From: Ignavibacteriota bacterium
GTDB taxonomy: Bacteria > Bacteroidota > Ignavibacteria > UBA10030 > CAVZMI01
Length of the DNA stretch: 64,000 nucleotides
Direction: 5' to 3'
NCBI GenBank assembly: GCA_963776275.1
Contig: CAVZMI010000018.1
Coordinates: 96,001 to 160,000, forward strand
Shown here: piece after piece, positions 29,502-39,300 of the stretch
Layout of the letters: each line of letters begins with the position of its first letter
How positions within the stretch are numbered: the stretch's first letter is position 1
The notes under the pieces: model-generated
What the model was told of the DNA's origin: nothing
Databases searched by the model: none
The model's input: only the letters and a program-made list of their open reading frames with translations
Translations under genes and position numbers: made by a program

Positions 29502-30770
29502 ATGCCAAGTCGGGAAAATGTACGTGCTGTTCGTACTCAATTAAAACGCCTGAAATCGCTTGTAGAAGCGAGCAGGATTCTTAACTCAACCCTCAACCTT
29601 GATGAACTTCTTGCATTGATCCTTGAGGTAGCGACACGGAACCTCGGGGCGACCCGCGGGACGATATATCTCGTCGATCATGAAAAGAAAGAATTATGGT
29701 CAAAAGTTCTCCACGGCGACCGGCAGGTTGAGATTCGACTTCCATTCGGGCAGGGATTCGCAGGGCATGTGGCCGCGACAGGAAAGATCGTCAATATCAT
29801 CGATGCCTATAGTGATGAAAGATTCTTTGCCGGTGTCGATCAGAAATCGGGATTCCGGACGAAAACAATGCTCTGCATGCCAATGCGGAATAAGGACTCT
29901 GAGATTATCGGGGTTTTTCAAATTATCAATAAGCGAAGAGGGATATTTTCAAAAGAAGATGAGTTGTTTCTTATCGCACTTTCGATACACGCGTCGCTTG
30001 CTATCGAGAATGCCCGATTGCTGCAGTCTGTAATCGAAAAAGAACGTATGCAAAAAGAACTCCAGATTGCACGGACAATCCAGCGAAAGCTTCTTCCCGA
30101 ACAGATTCCGGCTCTCACCGGAATTGACGTCAGTGCAATCAATCTTCCGAGCAAAGAAGTAGGCGGCGATCTCTACGATATTATCCAGCTTGATGATAGC
30201 CGGATTGCTTTTGTGATCGCAGATGTTGCGGGTAAAAGTGTTCCCGCAGCTCTGCTTGTCTCCACGCTTCATGCATCACTTCGTGCCTCAATCAGTTCGA
30301 TCGATTCTCTTCCACAACTCTGTCAACGACTAAATGGCATAATATTCAAAGATTCGTTGGCTGAGTGCTATATTACATGCTTTATCTGCATTATTGATAT
30401 GAAAGAACGGCAGTTGATATCGGTCAATGCAGGGCATAATGCCTGTTTTATTCTACGCGGTTCCAACATCATCCGTCTCGAGGAAGGTGGACTTCCATTC
30501 GGTATGTTTGAAAATGCCAGCTATGTTCAACAATATACTCCTATCCAGACCAACGATTTGTTAATCCTTTACACCGATGGTGTCGTCGAGGCAATGAACA
30601 AGAATCGGCAGTTATACAGTGAAGAACGGTTCCTCGGACAGCTTATGGACAATCTGACACGTTCGCCAAAAGAAATCGAGACTGCGGTATATGATGATGT
30701 GCGTAGATTCATCGGGAGTATGGAACCATCGGATGATTTCACGCTTATGGTGGTTCGATTTACAATATAA
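29502..30770 (+). CDS. GAF + PP2C (SpoIIE/RsbU-like) phosphatase
   Basis: GAF domain (GFRTKTMLCMPM), VGGDLYD, IADVAGK, NAGH, YTDGV, DDFT. Confidence 0.9.
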   Translation: MPSRENVRAVRTQLKRLKSLVEASRILNSTLNLDELLALILEVATRNLGATRGTIYLVDHEKKELWSKVLHGDRQVEIRLPFGQGFAGHVAATGKIVNIIDAYSDERFFAGVDQKSGFRTKTMLCMPMRNKDSEIIGVFQIINKRRGIFSKEDELFLIALSIHASLAIENARLLQSVIEKERMQKELQIARTIQRKLLPEQIPALTGIDVSAINLPSKEVGGDLYDIIQLDDSRIAFVIADVAGKSVPAALLVSTLHASLRASISSIDSLPQLCQRLNGIIFKDSLAECYITCFICIIDMKERQLISVNAGHNACFILRGSNIIRLEEGGLPFGMFENASYVQQYTPIQTNDLLILYTDGVVEAMNKNRQLYSEERFLGQLMDNLTRSPKEIETAVYDDVRRFIGSMEPSDDFTLMVVRFTI

Positions 30771-30980
30771 AAATAGACACCGGTATACTGTTCTTAACGG
30801 TTTCCGTCACCGCTTCTTCAATGGATCTTTCCTTCCGGAACAGCTAGACGGAATATACTGAATTCTGAATGTGGTTTGAGGCCACAGGACTTGAATTTCC
30901 GGCAGCGCTTGGTTATCTTCAATTCGTACTATCAATGCATTTACCGCGAAGCGGTGCCATTTCATTGTACGAATTAATAG

Positions 30981-33169
30981 ATGATTCCGACCCCATCTCC
31001 GGAAAAACCAGTCCAATACGTTCGTGGAATTGGAGCGAAACGTGCCGCGGCTCTTGAACAGCATGGAATCATCACAGTAAAAGACCTTCTGTATTATTTT
31101 CCCCGTGCCTACCTTGATCGATCGACAATTATCTCTATTCGGAACCTGCATCGGTATTTATTTACAGATCGTGACGTGACAATTGTGGGAACTGTCGGGA
31201 AAGTCGAACTTATCCGCGGTCGAAAGGGAAATGCGCGATTGCGTGTTGCTGTGTATGACGAGTCGGGAGTTGTGGAGTGCGTCTATTTTGGACGGCCGCA
31301 ATTATTCCAGAAAATGTTTCATGAAGGTGAATTGCTGGCTCTTTCAGGACGACCTCAGTTCTTCGGTCGTACAATACAATTAACACATCCGGAATTCGAC
31401 CGGCTCTCACGCTCTGATGATGACGAAGATATCGACTGGGGAAAAGCTCTGCACACCGGAAGTATCATCCCCCAGTACCGTTCGACCGAACAGCTTAAAA
31501 GTGTTAAACTTGACAGCCGTGGATTCCGGAGAATCCTCAGACATCTTATTGAAGAAGAAAGCGCAAAACAGCAGGAGATTCTCTCACCAGACATCCTTCA
31601 GCGGTGTTCTCTCTATTCTCTCGGACGTGCACTCTCGTCGATTCATTTTCCGGCATCGATGAATGATTTGGAACAGGCACGCCGTAGGTTGAAATTCGAT
31701 GAGCTGTTTTTTCTTCAAATACTTTTTGCATTTCGTAAAAGAGAAGTTAAATCGCTGTCACGTGGAATATCCTTCAACACACGTAGTACTCATGCGCGTC
31801 AACTTGTCGATACATTGCCATTCGAATTAACGAAGGCACAGCGTCATGTGATTCGTGAGATCGCACAAGACATGGAATCAGATAAACCGATGAATCGTCT
31901 TCTCCAGGGCGATGTCGGAAGCGGAAAGACCGTAGTCGGGCTGATCGCCATACTGATCGCGATCGATAATGGATATCAGACGGCTTTTATGGCACCGACG
32001 GAGATACTAGCCTCTCAGCACTATGTGACACTGACGAATATTCTGGACGATATGGGTATCGCCATCAGATTATTGCTCGGAGGTCAAAAAGGAAAAGTCA
32101 GAGACGAGATAATTGAGGACGTACGTGAAGGACGTGCACAAATTGTTATTGGAACACATGCACTCATTCAAGAACATGTGCAGTTTGCCAACCTCGGATT
32201 GATCATCATTGATGAGCAGCATCGATTTGGCGTTGTTCAACGCGTGACACTACGCGAGAAAGGGAGAAATCCCGATGTCCTTGTAATGACGGCGACTCCA
32301 ATTCCCCGGACGCTTTCGATGACGTTGTATGGTGATCTTGACGTTTCAATTATTGACGAACTGCCGCATTCACGAAAGCCGATTACGACACTTCTACGGG
32401 GCGAGCATGAACGTCTGACGGTGTACGAATTTGTACGATCGGAAATAGCCAAAGGGACATCAGGCCTACATTGTCTATCCGTTGATTGAAGAATCGGAAA
32501 AAAGCGATTTAGAAGCAGCGAAAAAGAATTATAAACATCTCAGGGATGAAGTTTTTTCCGAATATTCGGTAGGTCTCATTCACGGAAAGATGTCGAGTGA
32601 AGAACGTACAATTGTGATGCATGATTTCAGGGCCGGTAAGATAGCGATACTTGTCGCTACAACGGTCATTGAGGTAGGAATAGATGTTCCCAATGCGACC
32701 ATCATGGTCATCGAGAATGCGGAACGGTTCGGTCTTGCACAGCTTCATCAGCTCCGGGGAAGGGTAGGAAGGGGGACAGAGCAGTCGATTTGTATTCTGA
32801 TCGGGAAGACGGTTGACGGCATCCGAGAGAAGAAAAGGGGGAGACCGGTTAGCGGCTAAGGGGGAGGACAGGACAAAGGCTCTCCGGCGCCTGACGGTCA
32901 TGGAAGAGACTGCAAATGGATTCACAATTGCGGAAGTTGACCTTGAATTACGCGGTCCCGGTGAATATTTTGGAACAAAACAGAGCGGATTACCCGAGTT
33001 CCATATAGCAAACATCCTTACTGATCATGAGATTCTATTGCTCGCGCGGCGAGAAGCGTTCCGTCTTGTCGAGGAAGATCCTCACCTGCGACTATCCCGC
33101 CACGCATCCATCAGGAAGTATTTCCTCGAGCGATTCAAAGAGCAACTCTCCTTCGTACGCGTCGGATAG
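30981..33169 (+). CDS. recG: ATP-dependent DNA helicase RecG (apparent frameshifts at ~32455 and ~32810)
   Basis: LQGDVGSGKT, DEQHRFG, MTATPIPRTL, then QLRGRVGRG and DLELRGPGE in successive frames. Confidence 0.93.
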
Positions 33170-33247
33170 GGTGACCCAATTGGTGATCACATGATGTGCC
33201 AAAAATTTCTGAAAAGAAATTTTCTTTGCACAAAATGCAGTTTCTGC

Positions 33248-33275
33248 TTGACAAATAGCGTGAAAAGATTATATT
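33248..33275 (+). promoter_or_regulatory. Sigma70-type promoter of the ATP-grasp/KamA cluster
   Basis: TTGACA-16 bp-TATATT. Confidence 0.55.
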
Positions 33276-33356
33276 TACACACAGAGCAATGATAATTGAC
33301 GGTTGAATGAACATAGCACGGATGGGATACCAGGGAACAACATCACAGCGCACTGT

Positions 33357-34448
33357 ATGCATGTCGCTCTGACGTACAATCAGAAAAAAGAATCGCGCCC
33401 CAACAACGTTGATGATCTTGTAGAACCTCCGAGTACATCGGGCTTATAGTTTACCACCCGCTTGTAAACGATGGATAACCTATCGCCCCTCATGACGATG
33501 CCTACGCAGAATGGGATAGTATCGAGACAATCACCGCCGTCAGAAAAGCAATGGAAGAATATCATACCGTCACAATGGTCGAGGCAGATGAAGATGCCTA
33601 TCGAAAATTAATCGTAACACGACCGGATATTGTCTTCAACATCGCCGAAGGACTCCATGGTATGTCGCGTGAAGCACAGGTTCCTGCAATTCTCGAGTAT
33701 CTCCATATTCCTTATACCGGTTCAGATCCATTGACACTTGCCACTGCGTTAGATAAGGCGAGAACAAAAGAAATTCTTACTTATCACGGAATTCCTACGG
33801 CGAAGTTTGCAGTTGTCAGGAATATCAACGGCGCGGTTCCGCAAGGAATAAAATTTCCGTGTATCGTTAAACCAGTTCACGAAGGATCGAGCAAGGGAGT
33901 TCTTGATTCATCGGTGGTGAAAACGACAGAAGGAACTCTCGTCACAGGTGGAGCGTGTCGTACAGACATATCATCAGCCTGCATTGATTGAAGAATTTCT
34001 TCCCGGGCGGGAATTTACCGTAGCGGTTCTCGGAAACGATCCGGATATAAAAATTCTACCCGTTGTAGAAATAAAGTTTGATGCACTGCCGGAAGGAGTG
34101 AATCGGATTTATTCTTATGAAGCAAAATGGATATGGGATCAGATGGAACATCCAATCGATGTTCACGAATGTCCGGCGAAGATTCCTGTAAAGCTTGAAA
34201 AAGAAATACACGACGTGTGCAGAAAATCGTATTCCATTTTACAATGCAGAGATTGGTGTCGGATCGATCTTCGTCTTGACGATAAAGGGATTCCACATAT
34301 AATGGAGCTGAATCCACTTCCGGGCATTCTGCCGGATCCGGAAGAACATTCATGTTTTCCGCAGGCGGCGCGGGCTGCCGGAATGTCATACAACGAGTTG
34401 ATTCAGAAAGTGTTAGAAATTGCGATAAAACGATATAAAATTAAATAG
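33357..34448 (+). CDS. ATP-grasp ligase 1 (D-Ala-D-Ala ligase-like; frame breaks at ~33445-33480 and ~33930)
   Basis: MHVALTYN start, YAEWDS, VFNIAEG, PYTGS, VKPVHEGSSKG, EEFLPGREF, YSYEAKW, RIDLR, ELNPLPG. Confidence 0.82.
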
Positions 34449-34495
34449 TTAAATATTCACGATTATTAGCCTTTTTTAACAATATTATAGGATGT

Positions 34496-35581
34496 ATGGC
34501 CTCGAAGACGCATGTGGCGGTTGTATATACTGATCCGACACCGACAACTTGGGAAAAGGAACGAAGAGCGGAGAAAATGGTGATCGATGTAACAGGAGGA
34601 AAATCGGATATCGAGACCTTTGTTAAATTAGCCGGCGAGAAAATTAAAAATGAAGTGGAAGAAGAAATCGAATTTGTTGAGCATGCACTCGTGGATGCCG
34701 GAAAGAGAGTGACTGTATTGTGTATCGAATCCGATAATGTCTTTTCCATCGTGCGAAAAATTGAGGCAATTGATCCGGATATTGTATTCAATTTTTGTGA
34801 GAGCTCCAATGGCGATTCGTTGCAGGAAATGTATCTTGCGAGTGCCTTCGAACTGAGAAATGTCAGGTATACCGGCGCCCCGGCATTCACACTCGGCCTG
34901 GCAGTGCATAAAAATCTTGTGAAAGATATTCTCATCAGGAACAATATTCCGACACCGGAATTCTGGTTTGTACCGCTCAACTTACGATTTCCTGCGATTC
35001 CATCCGAAAAGTTTCCGTTGATCGTAAAACCGTACAAGGAAGATGCCAGTATCGGCATCGACAACGGTTCGGTGGTCTACACTGTAAAAGATCTCGTGAA
35101 AAGGATTGAATTCGTGTGGGATGCATTCAAGCAGCACATTGTGGTCGAACGATTTCTTCCGGGAAGAGAATTTAACGTTTCAATCCTTGGGAATCGCAAT
35201 CTCGAGGTTCTGCCGATTTCTGAGATTGACTATTCTGGAATGCCCGATGAATTGGAAAATATTGTCAGTTATGAGGCGAAATGGATTGAAGAGAGTGTTT
35301 CCTATGGAAAAACAAAACCAGTGTGTCCGGCTTGCATCCCTGTAAATATTGAAACACAGTTGAAAGATATTGCGCTCTCCTCATTCAAGATTATAGGCTG
35401 TCGTCATTACGGACGAATTGATATGCGTCTGGATGAAAAGGGAAATCCGTTTGTTCTCGAAGTGAATCCAAATCCGGATATCTCGCCGGATGCAGGATTT
35501 GTAAGATCGGCGAAAAATGCCGGACTCGCGTACAATGCATTGATTAATCGTATTGTTGATCTTGCCATGGAGGATGCATGA
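34496..35581 (+). CDS. ATP-grasp ligase 2 (D-Ala-D-Ala ligase-like)
   Basis: VFNFCE, YTGA, VKPYKEDASIGI, ERFLPGREF, SYEAKW, RIDMR, EVNPNPD. Confidence 0.88.
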   Translation: MASKTHVAVVYTDPTPTTWEKERRAEKMVIDVTGGKSDIETFVKLAGEKIKNEVEEEIEFVEHALVDAGKRVTVLCIESDNVFSIVRKIEAIDPDIVFNFCESSNGDSLQEMYLASAFELRNVRYTGAPAFTLGLAVHKNLVKDILIRNNIPTPEFWFVPLNLRFPAIPSEKFPLIVKPYKEDASIGIDNGSVVYTVKDLVKRIEFVWDAFKQHIVVERFLPGREFNVSILGNRNLEVLPISEIDYSGMPDELENIVSYEAKWIEESVSYGKTKPVCPACIPVNIETQLKDIALSSFKIIGCRHYGRIDMRLDEKGNPFVLEVNPNPDISPDAGFVRSAKNAGLAYNALINRIVDLAMEDA

Positions 35582-36315
35582 AGTCTTCCTCGATAAAGCC
35601 AGTAAGACTGCGATTAAACACCTCGTTTATACAGCCGTTCATATTCATCATCATCATCGCAGTTCTGCTCAGCATCCCGTTTTTCCTTTCGTGGCAACCG
35701 ATCTATGATGCATTGTATGATAGGTATGTGAAGGAAAAATGTACGAATCTCGATACCAAGCTTGAATATGAAATCAAACTCCTCGGTGTCGTTGTTATCG
35801 GCATCGGGGTTATCGGTTTTCTTATCCATTCGTGGTATCAACGTCTTGAAAACAGAAAGTTTGCGTTCCAACAAGTGATAGAAAACGAGATTAAGTTGAT
35901 TGAATTTCCAAAAAATGATCCGGAACTATTAAAATTTTTCGATTCACTCGATGTCAGGAAATCAAGAAATACCCTGCCGCAGCACTATGTATGGTATATA
36001 GCAATGGCGTTTACAATCTGGCAGCAGGTATTTGCCTATCGAATGAATGGATGGATCAATCGGAAAACGTGGCAATATTGGGCACCGCCATCTCAGAGAG
36101 GTGCCGATATCGGACAACAAATGTGCTCAACAGATCCGTTTACGGGGACGAACCCGACCGATGAGATAATCCGCCAAAATACCTATAAATATTTTCTTCT
36201 TTGGTGGCAGGAGAAGCAGAACTATCGATATTATCATGTTGATTTTGTGCGCTACATCAACTCGATTTTGACTGATGTCGAAAATAAGGAAGAAACGGAG
36301 CCGTTCTACTCATAG
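35578..36315 (+). CDS. Hypothetical membrane protein (2 TM plus aromatic-rich helical domain)
   Basis: 245-aa ORF with an ATGA overlap to ligase 2 and two hydrophobic segments. Confidence 0.65.
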   Translation: MKSSSIKPVRLRLNTSFIQPFIFIIIIAVLLSIPFFLSWQPIYDALYDRYVKEKCTNLDTKLEYEIKLLGVVVIGIGVIGFLIHSWYQRLENRKFAFQQVIENEIKLIEFPKNDPELLKFFDSLDVRKSRNTLPQHYVWYIAMAFTIWQQVFAYRMNGWINRKTWQYWAPPSQRGADIGQQMCSTDPFTGTNPTDEIIRQNTYKYFLLWWQEKQNYRYYHVDFVRYINSILTDVENKEETEPFYS

Positions 36316-36382
36316 TGCAGACCAAGCACACGTGGTATATGGATGAATTGGAGGAAAAAATAATTTATTATCGCTTTGTGAA

Positions 36383-36853
36383 ATGATACGATTGACATCA
36401 GCAGAAGACAGAAGTACGATCCTGAAAATATTGAAAGAAACAAACATATTTAAACAGGAGGAAATCCAGATTGCGGGTGAGCTGATCGATTCCTTTTTAT
36501 CATCACCTGAAAATCCCGATTACCAGTTTTATTCATATATCGATTCTTCGAAATCGGTATCCGGTTTTTGTTGTTACGGGGTGACCCATATCACCAAGGG
36601 AACTTATGATTTGTACTGGCTTGTCGTCTCACCGAACAACCAGGAAAAAGGTGTCGGACGCGACATGCTGCATTTTGTGGAGGAAAAAATTCGGCAAACA
36701 CATGGACGGCTCATCATCGTCGAGACCTCATCGACACGAGAATACGATGCCGCAAGAAGATTCTATCTGAAAAACGGTTTTAGTCAGGTAGGCCACATAA
36801 AGGAATACTACGCTCTTGATGATGATTTGATTATTTTTGCAAAATATCTATAA
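36383..36853 (+). CDS. GNAT family N-acetyltransferase
   Basis: YDLYWLVVSPNNQEKGVG, VETSS, ARRFYLKNGF. Confidence 0.9.
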   Translation: MIRLTSAEDRSTILKILKETNIFKQEEIQIAGELIDSFLSSPENPDYQFYSYIDSSKSVSGFCCYGVTHITKGTYDLYWLVVSPNNQEKGVGRDMLHFVEEKIRQTHGRLIIVETSSTREYDAARRFYLKNGFSQVGHIKEYYALDDDLIIFAKYL

Positions 36854-36876
36854 CAATATAGGAGTGCAATCACTTT

Positions 36877-38013
36877 ATGGAACTCTGGCAAGAAATGTTA
36901 CGGCAGAGTGTCGATAGCGCGAAGGATCTTATCGAACGCTTCAATTTTGATAAAGACCTCGCCGAACGGCTTAATAAATTGTTCCATATACGCATCAACC
37001 CATATTACCTGAGCCTGATTCGCTATCCGGGCGATCCCATCTGGCTACAGTGCATTCCTGATGTCGAAGAACTTAAAGATGATGACCTTCCCGAAGATCC
37101 GTTGAACGAGGATGCACACAGCCCCGTACCAAGCATCACTCACCGCTATCCGGACCGGGCACTTTTCCTGGTCACGAGCCAGTGCTCGATGTACTGCCGA
37201 TTCTGCACACGTAAGCGAAAGGTGGGTGATTCAAGCAAAATCAACATGAAATATATTCAGGGAGGAATAAATTATATTGCGGCACATCCGGAGGTCCGCG
37301 ATGTAGTCCTCTCCGGCGGCGATCCACTGATGCTGACAGATTTCATGCTCGAAAAAATTCTTAAGGCATTACGTAATATCCCCCATATCGAAATCGTCCG
37401 CCTTGGAACAAAAATGCCGTGTGTTCTGCCGCAGCGGATTACTCCAAAACTGGTAAAGATGCTCCGGAAGTACCATCCGCTCTACATCAATACGCATTTC
37501 AATCATCCTTGGGAGTGTACCCTTGAGGCCAGAAAAGCCTGTGAACTCATCGCCGATGCCGGTATACCGATCGGGAATCAAACTGTCCTCATGAAAGGGG
37601 TCAACGATAATGCCGATGTGATGCTTGAATTGATGCGAAAACTTCTCGCGATGCGCGTTCGTCCGTATTATCTCTATCAGGCCGATATTACAAAAGGTGC
37701 AAATCATTTCCGGACACCGGTCAGTGTAGGACTTGATATTATGGACAAGCTCCGGGGATACACATCCGGACTTGCCGTTCCCTACTATGTCATCGATGCT
37801 CCGGGTGGCGGAGGCAAAATCCCGTTACTGCCGCACTATATTCTTGGACGGAACGGCAATCAGATCATCATGCGAAACTTCAAATACGAAATATTCACGT
37901 ATCCCGATGTAGAAGAAAACGAGGAAATCATCGTCGAGAAAAAATATATGCGCAAACAACGGAAATCGAAAAAGAGTTATGTGCCGGACAAGGCGCAGGA
38001 ACTCGTCGAGTAG
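36877..38013 (+). CDS. KamA family radical SAM enzyme (lysine 2,3-aminomutase-like)
   Basis: THRYPDR, CSMYCRFC, LSGGDP, YYLYQAD, YVIDAPGGGGKIP (PLP lysine). Confidence 0.9.
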   Translation: MELWQEMLRQSVDSAKDLIERFNFDKDLAERLNKLFHIRINPYYLSLIRYPGDPIWLQCIPDVEELKDDDLPEDPLNEDAHSPVPSITHRYPDRALFLVTSQCSMYCRFCTRKRKVGDSSKINMKYIQGGINYIAAHPEVRDVVLSGGDPLMLTDFMLEKILKALRNIPHIEIVRLGTKMPCVLPQRITPKLVKMLRKYHPLYINTHFNHPWECTLEARKACELIADAGIPIGNQTVLMKGVNDNADVMLELMRKLLAMRVRPYYLYQADITKGANHFRTPVSVGLDIMDKLRGYTSGLAVPYYVIDAPGGGGKIPLLPHYILGRNGNQIIMRNFKYEIFTYPDVEENEEIIVEKKYMRKQRKSKKSYVPDKAQELVE

Positions 38014-38042
38014 ATTCTTAATGAGTAGTCTCTCATAAAAGT

Positions 38043-38074
38043 AAAAGCTCCGCACAGCGTGCGGAGCTTTTTTT
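38043..38074. terminator. Bidirectional intrinsic terminator
   Basis: aaaagctccgcac-agc-gtgcggagcttt plus T run, between the convergent kamA-like and glycosyltransferase genes. Confidence 0.85.
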
Positions 38075-38079
38075 CTTCA

Positions 38080-39300
38080 TTACGATTCCCTATCCAATCC
38101 TATCGGCTCCTCCGGAGGCTTTGAGTTAGTCGAAATACCGAGTGCGGCTGATGCTGCCATAGGCACTGCAGAAAATTTCTGCGTTGCCTTATAGAAGGCG
38201 CTCAGCTTGGGTGGTACATGAGCTATCGTTGTGAATTTTTTCAGGAAGGGATTAGCTTTCCGGCTTTTTTCCAGCTTTGCCGATTTGAATTCGAGCTCGA
38301 ATGCCTTCAACCATGACTCGATTCTTTTTATGGAAAATTTTTCTTCCCAGTGGGTACGGCGTTTGCCGATTTCCTGTACTTTCTGTAAAAATAGATCATA
38401 TGCCTTTTTGCCAAGCGGTTCTTTTATACGAAGAAGTTCAATATAAGGATCTACAAGGTGCGAAGGGAAAAGTTCCTTCACTACTCTCAATTTGTTAAGA
38501 ACCATTGCCTCTCGTCTCTCGTGATGCGGACCGGATGGATTGAAAAGATGTCCCACCTTCACATCTTCCATTACTCCGCATTGATATTCCCGCGGTTTTG
38601 CTATATATGCTTTGAGGCTCAGATACACTTCGTCTGAACCCCATTCTTCAAGACCTGCAAAACCTTCCAGGTACCGATATGCGCCGGCCGTCACGGCATA
38701 ACAGGCTCCGTGTATCAACGGGATATGGAAGGCAAGTGGATCTCTGGGGAGCTTCTTGAAAAACGCCGGAAGCTGCTTAGGATCAGTCCCAATCCAACGA
38801 GGTTCCATAATTGCCTTTTCCCCCAGGATCTCGAGTTCGGCACCATATGCTACGCGTGCGTCGGTGCCGGTATAGCCGTACCATGTCTCAGGATCAAGTG
38901 CGTAGCACTTTCCGCAAAGAATTCGTTTCGGATTGATTGCCATATGCCACGCAATCTTATCGAGGAAGTTTCCCGGGGCAATATCCTGATGCAGATTCGG
39001 ATTCATATGGGCATCCAGAAATACCAGGATATCGTCATCGGCAATATCGATAGGGCAATGTTGAACACCAAAATCACGACCACCGGCGCAGCCGACGTTC
39101 CCACCTGTATGGAGCACCTGGATAGGGGGGAGTTTTTCGCTTAACCCTCCGAGATTTACAGTGGGGACTGGATTATCATCAACAACGACGACGAGATGGT
39201 CGATACGGGGAACCGGATAATAGATATGCTCGAGTGTTTTTATCAAATATTTACCTGAATCGTCCGGTCCCCTGCATGGAATAATCACGACCGCTTTCAT
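38080..39300 (-). CDS. GT-A fold glycosyltransferase (GT2 / polypeptide GalNAc-transferase-like)
   Basis: VVIIPC, VVVVDD, LVFLDAH (DxH), WGSDEVYLSLK, VGHLF. The start ATG overlaps the CHAT gene stop (ATGA). Confidence 0.8.
   Translation of the reverse strand: MKAVVIIPCRGPDDSGKYLIKTLEHIYYPVPRIDHLVVVVDDNPVPTVNLGGLSEKLPPIQVLHTGGNVGCAGGRDFGVQHCPIDIADDDILVFLDAHMNPNLHQDIAPGNFLDKIAWHMAINPKRILCGKCYALDPETWYGYTGTDARVAYGAELEILGEKAIMEPRWIGTDPKQLPAFFKKLPRDPLAFHIPLIHGACYAVTAGAYRYLEGFAGLEEWGSDEVYLSLKAYIAKPREYQCGVMEDVKVGHLFNPSGPHHERREAMVLNKLRVVKELFPSHLVDPYIELLRIKEPLGKKAYDLFLQKVQEIGKRRTHWEEKFSIKRIESWLKAFELEFKSAKLEKSRKANPFLKKFTTIAHVPPKLSAFYKATQKFSAVPMAASAALGISTNSKPPEEPIGLDRES

Noticed and set aside
33357-35581. 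Housekeeping ddl genes
   Set aside because: They lack the N-terminal GGxSxE(H/R)xVS motif of Ddl and are not in a mur/dcw cluster.
36877-38013. EpmB (EF-P beta-lysylation) or lysine-fermentation KamA
   Set aside because: No efp/epmA or kamDE/kdd/kce neighbours; the context is ATP-grasp plus GNAT.
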